From Eledone cirrhosa (taxonomy: Eukaryota): DNA of 64,000 bases. Shown piece by piece: positions 12,791 to 35,768 of this stretch. Location: the NCBI GenBank assembly GCA_964016885.1, contig OZ024753.1, positions 30,504,001 to 30,568,000 on the forward strand, written 5' to 3'. Every line of letters starts with the position of its first letter. Within the stretch, counting starts at the first letter, position 1. Below the pieces are notes generated by a model. The model had not been told where the DNA came from. It saw nothing but the letters and a program-made list of their open reading frames with translations, and made no database searches. Both the position numbers and the translations under genes were made by a program.

Positions 12791-12900
12791 TGCTTTGCAA
12801 TCATGTCTCCGGGTTCGTTCCTACTACGTGACACATTTGGCAAATGTCTTCTACGGATTGTCTTTTGCCATATGAGTGAACTTTAGTAGACGGAAGATAG
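12775..12900 (+). mobile_element. Decayed tRNA-derived SINE head continuing from the last minisatellite unit
   Basis: tgtggttaag (A-box-like), gggttcgttcc (B-box-like), then ttggcaaatgtcttct. Confidence 0.6.
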
Positions 12901-13014
12901 TCGAAAGAATACGTGTTATTGCTTGCAATGATTAGTCATTTCATACTGTTGTTCATACTAGCAGCTAGGTGGTCAGAGCTTTTGAGAGTTAAGTTTCCTT
13001 CCTATAATACTGAA

Positions 13015-13274
13015 GGTGATGATAATGGCGACGTAGGTAATAATGATGGTGTTGATAATAATTATGGTGTTGCCGAAAACAATGGTGACAATAATGTTTA
13101 TGATAACGACGGATGATAACGGTATTGATGATGTTGGTGGTGATGATGGTGGTGATCGTGGTGGTGATCGTGGTGATGGTGGTGATGATGACGGTGAAGA
13201 CGATAATGATGATGTACCACCGATGCTGCTGTTGCTACTGCAGTTGTTTATAACGATGGTGACAGTGACATCTG

Positions 13275-13310
<36 letters not shown>

Positions 13311-13390
13311 CGAAGATGATGGCGAAGATGGTGATGACGAAGACGATTAGCGATGACGAAGACGATTAGCGATGACGATGTTAATGATTA
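13015..13390 (+). repeat. Degenerate (GAT/GGT)n trinucleotide repeat
   Basis: Seen directly. Confidence 0.9.
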
Positions 13391-13710
13391 TATCTAACGA
13401 CCACGTTCCACAACAGCTGCAAAAATAGGGAAGAGAGAAAGAGACTCGATGATGTCATCACCCCCGTCGTCGTAATAGTGATATGACAAATGTGAACAGA
13501 ACGAATAAAGAAAAGAAACAACCACGAAAACGATGAAAAAGAAGCAACTAACAATTATAACACGAAGAAATGAAAGGGAAAAATCACCAAAACGTTTCTT
13601 TCCTATATCTTCATCGATTATCGGATTAGTCTGATATTATTTTGGTCTTAAGTTATCAAAGTAAAAAGTCAGAAAAGGAAAGAAAATCGAAATAAAACAC
13701 AAAAAATTCC

Positions 13711-13845
13711 AAAAATAAAAAAATAAAAAAATAAAAAAATAAAAAAATAAAAAAATAAAAAAATAAAAAAAATAAAAAAATAAAAAAATAAAAAAATAAA
13801 AAAATAAAAAAAATAAAAAAATAAAAAAATAAAAAAATAAAAATT
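13711..13845 (+). repeat. A-rich (A6-7T)n tandem repeat
   Basis: Seen directly. Confidence 0.9.
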
Positions 13846-14254
13846 AAAAATTAATAGTAATTTCCCTCGAACTTCATATACTTGAATTAATGAAGTCGGA
13901 TAACAATTTAAGAAAGAAGAAACGTAAATATTTTGTTTTTTGCAATATGTATGAAGAAAACTAATATTTAAGTAAAGCAATTTCTATAAAACACATTTGT
14001 CCTTTCACTCAAGTCATTTGAAAACTTAAGTTGGAAAAATATAAAACGTGCTTTAATAAATTATTATCTTATTAATATCATTTCCAGCGTGTAATCTTTG
14101 TCCATCATCCTTATAACGCTAAAAATATTCCCATTGAATTACATAACTCATACACACGAATTTATTAATGAAGAGTGAATACTTATAGCTTTTATAGGAA
14201 GTAACGTTTTCGTGGAGTATATCATACTGGAAAATATAAATATAATAACAGTAA

Positions 14255-14692
14255 TTATGGTTTCTGATTTAGACACAAGGCCAGCAATTTGGGGAGAGGG
14301 GTAAGCCAATTAAATTGACCCCAGTGCATCACTGGTGCTTTATTTACCGACTCCGTAAGGATGAAAGGCAAGGGTAACCTCGGTGGGATTTGAACTCAGA
14401 ACATAAAAGGACGAAATTCTATTCTGCAAAGCATAGTGTCCGACGCTCTACCGATACTGCCAATTATAAAAATAATGGTTTCTTATATAGGCACAAGGTC
14501 AGCAATTTTGAGGCGAGGGGAAAGTTGATTAAATTGACCCCAGTACATTACTGGTGTTTTATTTTATCGACCCCCGTAAGGATGAAAGGCAAAGTTAACC
14601 TCGACGGGATTTGAACTCAGACCGTAAAGGGACGTAACTATGCTGGAAAGCATGGCGTCCGACTCTCCACCGATACTGCCAATTCACCGCCC
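14255..14692 (-). mobile_element. Two head-to-tail short-subfamily SINEs
   Basis: Core motifs occur twice, at about 14255-14465 and 14475-14692. Confidence 0.85.
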
Positions 14693-15004
14693 TTGAATAA
14701 ATTTTCTTTTTTCTCAAAACTCCGTTTCCTTTAATATTTGTTGTGTTTGAGCGTCAGCCAAATACAGCCATATTGAATTATCTATTGATCTATTTATTTA
14801 ATTTAATCTTATATTATGTTAAGAACTTGGGGTGGGGTCAAATTAATATTCATTTCATTATTTACATAAGACCCATGGAATTCGAAAAAATGTAAATTGT
14901 TTTCCTATATAACATCACCAGATTTAATCCAGTAACAAGAAGTCTGCTCCCAAAAGAATGTCTTACGACTAAAATATTAACTTTAGTTGCTAATAGAATT
15001 AGAA

Positions 15005-15210
15005 CTTCTCCTTCTTCCCTTTTTCCTTCTTCTCCTTCTCTTTCTCCTTCTTCCCTTTTTCCTTCTTCTCCTTCTCTTTCTCCTTCTTCTTCTCTTTCTC
15101 CTTCTCCTCTTCCTTCTTCCTTCTCCTTTCTTCTTCCTTTCTTCTCCTTCTCCTTTCTTCTCCTTCTCCTTTCTTCTCCTTCTCCTTTCTCCTCCTTCTC
15201 CTTCTTCTTT
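15005..15210 (+). repeat. Polypyrimidine (CTT/CCT) tract
   Basis: About 200 nt of C and T only. Confidence 0.9.
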
Positions 15211-15217
15211 CTATTAT

Positions 15218-15485
15218 GACCCTTTACGTTCTGAGTTCAAATCCCGCCGAACTTATATTTGCCTTTCATCCTTCCGGGGTCGGAATAAATAAAGTACCAG
15301 TAACGCACTGGGGTCGATTTAATCGTGCCCCTCCCCCAAAATTGCTGGCCTTGTGCCTATAGTAGAAATAATTATTATCGATAACACAAGGGTAGTGGAT
15401 TGGCAGTATCGGTAGAGCGTCGGACAATATGCTTTGCGACATTTAGTTACGTCCCTTTACGTTCTGAGCTCAGATCCCGCCGAGC
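15218..15485 (+). mobile_element. Short-subfamily SINEs, one 5'-truncated and one head only
   Basis: gagttcaaatcccgccga core plus a second tggattggcagtatcggtag head. Confidence 0.8.
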
Positions 15486-16099
15486 ACATTTCTCGTTAAA
15501 GACGTCCTTTCAATCATAACAATCCCGTTTTGTGTATTCGGGACTATATTAGCAAATATCTCCTTTCTTATCAGGTCAGTAGAGTGTCATCTGGTTGGAG
15601 ACTAGCAACTATTTCTATCAAGTCGTTGGCGTGAATCTAAGATGTAGAAATCTCTGGCGTTCGTTCATAATTTCAGTAATCACATCAACTTATTTTAAAG
15701 ATGCGTTTTAATAGAAAATCAATAAAAGTTGGCAATAACTGCTAACAAAATGGATGACAAATGGCAATGTATAACTTCATGAAAATAAACAGAATAGAAA
15801 ATTTTTTAAGGTAGCAAATATATAATAAATGAAAAACTAATTCAAATTTAATTGGTCTAAATCTAATTAGTCTCAAAAATATAATTGATCATTTTTAATG
15901 AGCTCCCAAATAAATGTTAGCTAGTTCACATAAAAAATGTTTACTGGGTTGACAGTTGGCGGAAATGGCATAGCGATGATTTAAATACCTTGAAGCATTA
16001 AAAATGTCTGGCAAATATTTTCTTTCGTCTCTTCCAGATTGTGGTACCAGTAATAAATTACGATCAGTTCAGTTGAACAATAAGATTTGTACCTAAATA

Positions 16100-16240
16100 A
16101 TAGTTTCTGATTTAGGTACAAGACCAGCAATTTAAAGGGGAAGGAGAAAGTCGATTAACTCCACCCTAGTGCGTTACTGGTACTTTATTTTATCGACCCC
16201 ATAAGGATGAAAGGCAAAGCTAACCTCGGACGGATTTGAA
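16100..16240 (-). mobile_element. Short-subfamily SINE, partial
   Basis: Core gaccccataaggatgaaaggcaaag. Confidence 0.75.
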
Positions 16241-16577
16241 TAGATAACAGCTAAAGGACATTCCGGTTATCTAGTTACGTGATATTCTTGGCTGTAATAT
16301 TATCTTGAACTTTTCAGTTAGACATTACCAACAGTTTCGAGAACCATTGAATTATTGTGTGGCCTTGTTGACATGTGATTGGAATACGTTCTGATCACAC
16401 ATCACAAATTAAGTGGACATGTATTATCTACCACATAGCCAACCATATGATCTGAATTAATCGACCTAAATGATACTTTTTCTGACATACATCTTAATAC
16501 GTTGACCAAATATTGCCAGATCGATCGTACATGTACTAGGTGTGTGAGACTATGAATCAATCTAAGAAGAAATAATC

Positions 16578-16617
<40 letters not shown>

Positions 16618-16778
16618 GGTGGGGGGGGGGGCATATATTATTGGCGCAGATTAAAAGTTTCAACAAACAATTTCAGCTTTCACTCTTAGCGGGATCATCT
16701 TAGGTTGGAAGTAGAAATTGTTTGCTTAAACTTTTAATCTGTGCTGATCATAAATATTTGCTCTAAGGGTTTATAAAT

Positions 16779-16827
<49 letters not shown>

Positions 16828-16878
16828 ATCCTTACCGAGTCCTCTTTGGATTTTGGTCTTAGCATTTATCATTACGAC

Positions 16879-16913
<35 letters not shown>

Positions 16914-17539
16914 GTACACACACACATATAGTGTGTCTGGAGGGTATGTATGTGTGTATGCATATATATGTATACATGCATACACCCAGACATATACATA
17001 TATACAATAAGTATGTATGTAAAAGGTAAACAGAAGTAACACAATCGGTACAGTATATGGAAGGACTATATTAGGCGCACACGCACACACACGTACACAC
17101 ACACACACTTGTGGGTGGGTGTGTAAATATACGGATGTATGTGTCTTTGTGGGTCTGCAGGTTTGCATGTGATGGCAGAAAAATATAGAGAGAAGGGATG
17201 GAGAAGAAAATAAGATAATTTTTACAATTAAGATGAATAAATATGTACTCTTACTAAGCATGCATTAACAAGTGTGCTGTAAATCAACAATTGGCCGAGA
17301 TTCTTAAAGTCAATAATAACAACCATATTTTGATCTTATACTCTAGTTTATTAGTCAGCTTCTGAAATGCTATTAAGTATATCTTACTTTGCCTAAGTAA
17401 ATATATTTTGTATTTCTTTCTCTTTCTCGATTATCTGTTATCGGAATAAAAACGAGGATAAACCTCCTTTCTTTTAAATCAATTAAAAAAATATTGTATA
17501 CAAAAAATCTGGAAATTTTAATGCAATAATAATAATAAT

Positions 17540-17760
17540 AATTGTTTCTGATTTAGGCCCAAGGCCAGCAATATTTTGGGGGAGGGGAAAGTCGACTAAA
17601 TCGACCCCCAGTGCATTACTGGTGCTTTTATTTTATCGACTTCGTAAGGATGAAAGGCAAAGCTAACCTCGGCGAGATTTGAACTCAGAACATAAAGGTA
17701 CGTAACTATATGCCGCAAAGCATGTTAGTCGACGCTCTACCGATACTAACAACCCCCTAC
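17540..17760 (-). mobile_element. Short-subfamily SINE
   Basis: Full core, with an (AAT)n tail at 17525-17543. Confidence 0.8.
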
Positions 17761-18096
17761 TCTTAATACTACTATTATTACTACTACTAATAATAATAAT
17801 AATTAAACGGTTATAATGATAATAAAATTACCTTCCATATAGCAGAATATTTGTGCTCTTAACAGGATGATGAAATGTTAGTCCTTTATCGATTTAACAA
17901 TAACAAAATCGATCTCAGTCCTAATGTTACATGAGCGAGACACCTATATCACAGAAACTTGAAATTTTATATACAAGACGAGTGCCAAGCCAACGAAGAA
18001 GCATCTACGTGGTGGCTTGACAATAATGTTTGTAAAATTCCTTCATATCACACTCTACCGTATACAATTAGGAAGAATACATTAAATACATATATA

Positions 18097-18955
18097 CTAG
18101 CCGAATTACTTGTTGCGTTTCACACATTGTTTTTGTAAGAAAATGATGATTGATTTTAAATCAGTGATATAATTTATGGAGAAAAACTTTGCATTTCAAT
18201 ATTACTCAATGTAAAATGTAATGCATGAAAAATTGGAAAACATTATTTTTTAACATAATAAATACATGATATTTCATACTTTGTCCTAATGAAGAACTTC
18301 AGGGTAAACAACATTTCTTATCTTTCTCTGATTGGCTAAAATGTAGAGATTTTTTTTGAAGTTCCAGTCCTTGAAACAGCCACATAAAACATGCCACGAC
18401 TGAAACATGGGTTTGTCAGATCTATACCAATAGTTTTGAAAGTTTGACGTTGACTCTTATTGATGCTCATGGCAAAGCATGGCCTCACTGGGAACTGCAG
18501 CCTCTTAAATGTAAAGGGCAACTCGCTATCACTTGGTATAAGTGGAATCCTCGGAATGAGAAGAGCTTGACCTTTGTAAGCCCCGAATATAATGGTTGCT
18601 TCAATCTCATGCAATCTTGTTACAACACATCTTGTTCCATTTATTGGCCAACATGTTCACTATAGGGGGTTTAATGCCCATTAGAGTGTCTTAATATTAT
18701 TGAAATTTGCTGAAATTCTGTGAATAGGCATTATATCTTGTCGTTTACCTATGGTTTAAATTTCATATAAATCGAAGTGAAAACATTTTCAGCGGGGTTT
18801 GTGCCCCCGGGAACCCTTTGATTACAATGAAATATACTTATCCAAGTACCCTGGGCAATGTAGTTTCAGAATATATGTGGTTATGGGGGTCTATCTCCAA
18901 AACCGTAGGAGGAGTTCGTGAACAAAAAAAAACAAAAAACCAGTCAAGAATATAT
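18097..18955 (-). mobile_element. Internally deleted Helitron retaining the C-terminal PIF1-type helicase segment
   Basis: ORF 18336-18614 reads IPRIPLIPSD...FKRLQFPVRPCFAMSINKSQ.QT...YVAVSR (SF1 motifs V and VI of RepHel). A frameshifted RNVVYPEVL* follows. Minus-strand 3' end CTAG|t at 18100-18097 is preceded by a degenerate hairpin. The 5' boundary is approximate. Confidence 0.85.
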
Positions 18956-19145
18956 CCACAGTCGATCGACTCTCGTCAAATAGGACCGAGGAAACCATGT
19001 TTCCGTTGGTCTTTCCAATTGCTAATACTATCTATCGGTCGCAAATCCAGGTACAAGGAGCAACGTGAAATAAAGTGTCTTGCTCAAGGACATAATGGAT
19101 CACCCATTCGGGAATGGAATCCGATTCTCTAACCACTCACCCATG

Positions 19146-19199
<54 letters not shown>

Positions 19200-19364
19200 A
19201 ATATATATATATATATTATATATAAATATATATAAATATATATTCCGTTTATCTTTCACCGAAAGTGATTTTTCATTACATCTCTTCTTTCCATGATATC
19301 CGGAATACATTGAGTTCTTCATACGGATTGGACACTACCGTAAACTCTTGGTAGATTTATCTAC

Positions 19365-22618
<3,254 letters not shown>

Positions 22619-22799
22619 TTTCGTTTCTGAATTTGTTTAGCAAGATTCTTTATCTGAAATCGTGTGTTGAAACCGATATTGTTATACTTTGGGAGGGTCA
22701 TGTTGCCAATAAGAAACACACGCACCAGTTGCTTTCACTTCAATTTAATTTAATATATATTTATAAATTTACAAATTTATAAATTTCTGGTTGGTTGGT

Positions 22800-23699
22800 T
22801 GGTTCCACAACCAGATAGTTGTTTATATATATATAGTCATAGTTCTTTCGTCACACACTCTGTGACCTCTTCAGTGACTGGGGATTTCTTTCTTCGTTTC
22901 TGTGCCTTTCCTTTCTTCTATCCTACGCCATTTTGTTTGTGTGTGGGTTGCGTGCTCAGTTTGCGCATGCGCCACATCCGGGTGTCTGTGTGTGTTTGTG
23001 TTCATTTTTCTATTTTCTATTTATATTTGTTTGTTTATTTATTTATTTATTGTTGGTTGGTTGTTTGTTCTATGTGTGTGTGTGTTTTCATTTTGTCTTG
23101 TGTGTGTTTTCATTTTGTGTGTGTTTTCAATTGTAAGTTGTTTATATATGTGTGTGTGTGTTTTCATTTTGTCCTTAATTGTAAGTTGTGATGTTGCTGT
23201 TCCACTCATATTTTCTATTTAATTTTGGTTTTAATTCTTTTATGCTTACTGCCTCTGTAATTTGCCTAAACATTGCGTCTTTCTTGTGTGTGGATTCTAT
23301 TTTTATTTCTATGCTCTCTAATTTACCCCTGTGTTCTATCTTAGCATGTTGGTAGAGCACAGATGATTCTTTACTATCTTGGAGGTCTCGCCAGTGTTCA
23401 TTTATTCGTTCCCCTATACTACGAGCTGTCTCACCTATGTACACTATATTTTTGTTTCTACATTGTCCCTCAGTACATCTTATGCTATATACTACATTTC
23501 TAGTTTTACAGTTAATATGGGGGCTTATTTTACAGGTTATACATTTCTTATCTATACATGAGGGTCTTTGGAACGGGTATGTCTTGCTAATAAGTGTTTT
23601 TACGGAGGTACCAGGTCTTTCTACTATCTTAATATTGAGATTATGTTTCTTTAGGGCCCTTCTAAATTTGTAGGCTAGTTCACCTCTAGGGGTTGTATC
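22800..23699 (-). mobile_element. Penelope-like element (Neptune-like): 5'-truncated, Cys linker plus C-terminal GIY-YIG endonuclease and 3' pseudo-LTR
   Basis: Open frame 23699 to 23175 reads [10 protein letters not shown]...KIVERPG...CIDKKCITC...[13 protein letters not shown]...C...[16 protein letters not shown]...H...H...EA...LN. A hammerhead motif lies downstream. Confidence 0.85.
22835..22879 (-). ncRNA. Minimal type I hammerhead ribozyme in the PLE pseudo-LTR
   Basis: Minus strand: agtca CTGAAGA g gtcaca-gagtg-tgtgac GAAA g-aa-c TA tgact. Stem I is 5 bp, stem II 6 bp, stem III vestigial, cleavage triplet CUA. Confidence 0.75.
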
Positions 23700-30710
<7,011 letters not shown>

Positions 30711-32204
30711 GGTACAATATATTAAATAGTCTTGTCCTGGATATACAAAAACAGTGAGATGTTCAGATCTGCTTTCCACTCCCCTCAATCAGAGCTGACT
30801 AACGGGTCTCAGTCGCTTAATGCCTCGTAAAACCAGAATAAACACGGGCTTCATTGTAGGCTCTAGAAGGTTATTTAAACTTTTTAACAAGTCACTGTAC
30901 ACTGAATTCTCATTAGTTTCATCTACCTCGCTGTAACTAGGTACTGTTGAGGTATTATAAAATGAAGGTATTTCTTTATCTCAGTGATTAATTAAACTCC
31001 TATCTTGGATATTGCTTAGAGAGTGATACAAGTTCTGAAGGTCAGTTTTCATCTTGATATCCAATGATGCCAACAAACTGACCTCTACATGGTCGCTTGA
31101 CATGCGAGAAATAACAACCAAGTCAGTCAACAACCATACCCAACTTTAAGTAACGTCAAGAATGCATTAGATAATGTAGATCTAAACAACACTAACAACA
31201 GCAATAAAAACAATTGAATTAAGCTGAATAATTCAGCGGGGTCCCTTACGATCCATGCTTAAATTATATTACAATGTCCTCTTCGAGTTACAGTAGACCG
31301 AATATAGCGTAATGATTAATAGTTCTTTCTCTCCTTGCTGTGCTGGGCTGTATCTCTTTCGTATTTCTATATCAATAGATCAGGCAGCCTATTTATAAAT
31401 AGGCTATATGGATAATTACACTTTACCATTTTAAGCAACCTACAGGCATCGTATGTCAGCTGTTTTATTCGCTTACATATACTATTTTTTATTTTTTGGG
31501 GGTTCGAAACAATGAGGAGCCATCGCTTGACCTGCTAAAAATAGCAACTAAATATAGCTCAAATGGTTACGGTTTGCTCCCTTCCGAACCCTCTTTGGGG
31601 TCTCAGGATACATAATCTTTACACGTCCACCCGACGCTTCCCAGTACTTTTCTACTATCACCACCATCACCACCACTATCGCCATCACGACAACGGGTTT
31701 CTGTTATTAGCTGTTGTGGTTCATCTGCTGTTGTCGATATTACGTTTAGCCTTAGTCGAGGTCTACCATAATATCCCGTAACAGTAAACAACTGTGAGTA
31801 GAATATCTGTCATTTGGCAAACGTGGTTCCTCCATTCTTTAGACATCCCAAAGCAAGCGGAAGTATCGTCTCACCAATATCATTTCCATACCAGAAAGCT
31901 TGTCTCTCTCACTCTAGGATAAGGATGTTCCTGGACTTGTTATTCATTGAACAGTTCATTGTACAGTTCATTGTCTGCGTCAAATGTTTCATTATTAATT
32001 GCTGTAAATGATTTATAACAGCATTTGATATATAGGAAATACAGAGTAGCTGTGTCGATGGCAAGTTGGCGAGACTGAATCCCCAACCATACACATCCTA
32101 TTGAATCTGTTGGCTTCTATTGTGGTTCACGTCTACCGTAGCTGGCACATACAGTGGATGGCAGTAAAGTGGGAACCTTATTAACGATACATACTTACTG
32201 GCTA

Positions 32205-32535
32205 AAGGCAGCGAATTGGCAGAGTCGTTAGAAAGTCGGATAGAATGCTTTATGATGTTCGTTCTGGCTCTCTGAGTTTAAATCTCACCGAGGTCAACTT
32301 TGCTTTCCATCCTTTCGAGGTCGATAAAAAATGTAACAGTCTATTACTGGAGTCGATTCCTCCTCTATATCTCTTTATTTCCTCTCTCTCACTTTCTATC
32401 TTTCTCTGGAAGAAATCTGCTGTACTCAGGCCTGGAGATGGATGGGCTCCGCCAGGCTTAAAATACCCAAGAAATGCTGTATGTCAATACGGCGCCTCTA
32501 CGACTCTACCAGTAGTTACGGGACTAGACATACAT
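32205..32535 (+). mobile_element. SINE, long subfamily, with TSD-like flanks
   Basis: Full head, core and tail ending gggactagacatacatac. Flanked by atacatacttactgg (about 32187-32200) and atacatacacttactgg (about 32530-32546). Confidence 0.8.
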
Positions 32536-32558
32536 ACACTTACTGGTTAGCGCACTCG

Positions 32559-32697
32559 CTCTCCAGAGTATTTTACCCGATTTTCTCAACCATTAATTAG
32601 AGTGATCGACTACCATTATTATGGTCATTTGCCATAATAATGGTAGTCGATCATTCTAAATAATGGTTGAGAAAATCGGGTAAAACACTCTGGAGAG
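32559..32697. repeat. Inverted repeat, about 66-bp arms and 7-nt loop
   Basis: ctctccagagta...accattattatgg tcatttg ccataataatggt...actctggagag, with few mismatches. Confidence 0.9.
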
Positions 32698-32708
32698 GGA
32701 AAGGTGAA

Positions 32709-32900
32709 CAGCGGTGAATTAGCAGTATCGGTAGAGGGTCGGACACCATGCTTTCCAGCATAGTTACGACCCTTTACGGTATGAGTTCAAATCCCGTGGA
32801 GGTTAACTTTGCCTTTCATCCTTACGGGGTCGATAAAATAAAGTACCAGTAATGCACTGGGTAATTGTTGGCCTTGTGCCAAAAGTAGAAACAATTATTA
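32709..32900 (+). mobile_element. Short-subfamily SINE
   Basis: Full head and core, with an aaacaattatta tail. Confidence 0.85.
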
Positions 32901-33175
32901 TGGTCATTTGCGTTGGGGTGCATAGATCTCAAGTTTGAAATCTTTATATTGCTTTACACTCACTCACACACTCACTCACTCATTAGTTCAGTTTAAAGTT
33001 TAATCAAAGAATCGCTGCTTTCACCCTATTACGGGATCTTCGGATTTTGATCTTCGTAATTATTATTACCATTATATATATATATATCAGATTGGAGGTG
33101 GTAAAAACCAGTTAGACCATTACTCACCATAGTACTCGACTCGATACTTGGGGTAGTAGTGTGGGTAATATGAAA

Positions 33176-33286
33176 AAATTCAGGACCCCAACGGCTGAGT
33201 TCCGGCCGTTTCAACAGCTAAATCCGAACTCGGTTTGAATCTAGCTGTTGACACGGCCGGAGCTCAGCCGTTGCGGTCCTGAATTT
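33176..33286. repeat. GC-rich inverted repeat (about 54-bp arms, 3-nt loop) abutting (TA)n
   Basis: aaattcaggaccccaacggctgagttccggccg... / ...cggccggagctcagccgttgcggtcctgaattt. Confidence 0.9.
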
Positions 33287-34005
33287 ATATATATATATAT
33301 GTTCAGCCCTTACAGATATTTAATTTGCTTGATTTAAAAAGAAAAGAAAAACATAAAAAAAGATTGAAGCACAATGTAACTCTGTAACGTAGCCATAAAT
33401 GAATTCGTTTGTGTTTGTGAATGTACGTGTATACTTACGATAAATACATACCACAGAAAGTACTGTGATTCATATAACCAGCTGAAAAACATGGCTGCAG
33501 TGGCCCAGCATCGCCGCAGTCAAATAACTGAAACTGTCTACTTAATAAAATCAAACAACAACCTATTAGACTCCTATTCTTATCTGTTTTTATATATATA
33601 TTTAATGTATACACTTTTGAACGCAAATGTTCTTGTATTCAGCCTGCAGCAGGCTCAAACGTAAATATTTATATTAATATTTCTGGAGAACATCATTATA
33701 GAATGAATGCAAAAAATATGGTAAGATGAGATGCAATTTGTAAGACTCTCCACTTCAGAAATCTATTTATTTGCATTAGCTGAATATCAAGTGACTATAG
33801 GTGAACACTTATATTTCTACTTGCTGAAACTATTTTCTCTATGATATTTTGTTTATTTAGTGTCACCAAAGACTTTTGAGCTTACAGGATTGTTTGAAAT
33901 ATTGCAGATGAACCATTAGAAACAATAAATTGCGGCTTCCTTACGATTGAGAAAAGCTAGAATATATAAGATTTATATAAGCTGGCGTACCATATACGCA
34001 CGGTC

Positions 34006-34065
<60 letters not shown>

Positions 34066-34319
34066 TAAAAGGAAAAGAAAATGCTGACAAATTTTTCCCA
34101 GTGAAAAATAGTTTAATTAGGAATAAGTATAAATTAGTAATAAGTATTGGTTAGTATTTAGTTTTAAGTTTTTACCGGTTGCGCATTTCTAATGCTTTTC
34201 AAAATAATTTTGAGATAGAGCGCTCGTGATGTTTGCAGCATAGCTTCAGTCGGATGGCTGGAACAGGTAAAAGAGTATATATATATATTTATCCCGGGTT
34301 CTATCGAGGGTAACCACAG

Positions 34320-34374
34320 TAAGGTACTCCTGATGATGTCTATCGAATGAAACAGTTCTAGCCCCGTAGAAGCC

Positions 34375-34450
<76 letters not shown>

Positions 34451-34508
34451 AATGGCTTCTACAGGGCTACAACTGTTTCATTCGATAGAAATCATCAGGA
34501 GTACCTTA
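34320..34508. repeat. About 60-bp inverted repeats flanking a (TA)n tract
   Basis: aaggtactcctgatgat...agaagccatttct (TA)n agaaatggcttct...atcatcaggagtacctt. Confidence 0.9.
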
Positions 34509-35212
34509 TATAGATGTCATGTCTGAGAAAATTTCTAACATGCAAACATACACCATACAACCTTAGAAGCCCAAATAATAAATCCGAGCATTTATTATAA
34601 AATATATAGTCGGTAGATATTAATTTAATGACCTTATTGAGAAATTCATATTTAGAAGAATGTACTTTGTACTTTAGAATGAGGATACTATTCTGGAAAT
34701 CCTTTGTTGCAGTCATTTCTGTTTCTTTTCAATTCTGGGACGATGCCCATAATTCGCATCCAGTGCCTTCAATTTACTTGACATTACTTACTCGCAAATA
34801 CCTTCTTAAAGTTCTTTGCATTTTGGCCAAAGCGAGACACAAACACTTTCTTCGGGAGTACAATTCCTTTTGTTTTATTATTTGTTTTGTTCTTGTTTTG
34901 TTTTTATTTCTTATGAAAAAAAAAGTGAATTGTTAAAAATGAGGCACTGAGCCAATGTTAAGATATTATTATACTACATGTACTTATTTTGTCGGTCCCT
35001 GGGAGAGGGGGGGGTGTGTGTGAAAAGTTAGACGAAGCTTATATAACTTACCTTTTCCTTTTCTACCTGTCTATTTCTCCACCCTAAATAACAATATTAA
35101 TATAAACTACTGTGTGAAATGTATATCAACGGAGTAAACTTGTTTATATAGCTACCGTCCTATATGTTTACACACTTAAGATTACATTTACAGGATGTCT
35201 TCTTTAAAACAT

Positions 35213-35224
35213 GCACACACACCA

Positions 35225-35305
<81 letters not shown>

Positions 35306-35308
35306 CAT

Positions 35309-35369
<61 letters not shown>

Positions 35370-35418
35370 ACAAACACGCACACACACACGCGCACACACG
35401 CACACACGCACACACACA

Positions 35419-35457
<39 letters not shown>

Positions 35458-35515
35458 ATACACACATATATACACATATACACATATACACATAATATAT
35501 ATATATAATATATAG
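35213..35515 (+). repeat. (CA)n and (TA)n microsatellite
   Basis: Seen directly. Confidence 0.95.
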
Positions 35516-35554
35516 ACGTGTGTGTGTAAAGATGTATTTCAGGGTATACAGACA

Positions 35555-35768
35555 TGATTTCTAGTATAGGCACAAGGCCAATAATTTTGGCGGAGAGGAA
35601 AGTCGATTAAACCGACCCTAGTACGTTACTGGTACTTTATTTTATCGACCCCGTAAGAATGAAAGGCAAAGTTAACCACGGCGGGACTTGAACTCATACC
35701 GTAAAGGGCCGTAACTCTATGGTGCAAAGCATGGTGTCCGACCCTCTACCGATACTGCCAATCCACAT
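35555..35768 (-). mobile_element. Short-subfamily SINE
   Basis: Full core and head. Confidence 0.85.

Noticed and set aside
17829-17900. Candidate extra GPCR exon (minus-strand GAAG|gtaatt)
   Set aside because: No GPCR-like peptide, and the 37854 and 11996 exons already join to form ERY.
34325-34365. Hammerhead ribozyme in the inverted arm (CTGATGA...GAAAC)
   Set aside because: No complementary stem I after the putative cleavage site, and stem II is weak.
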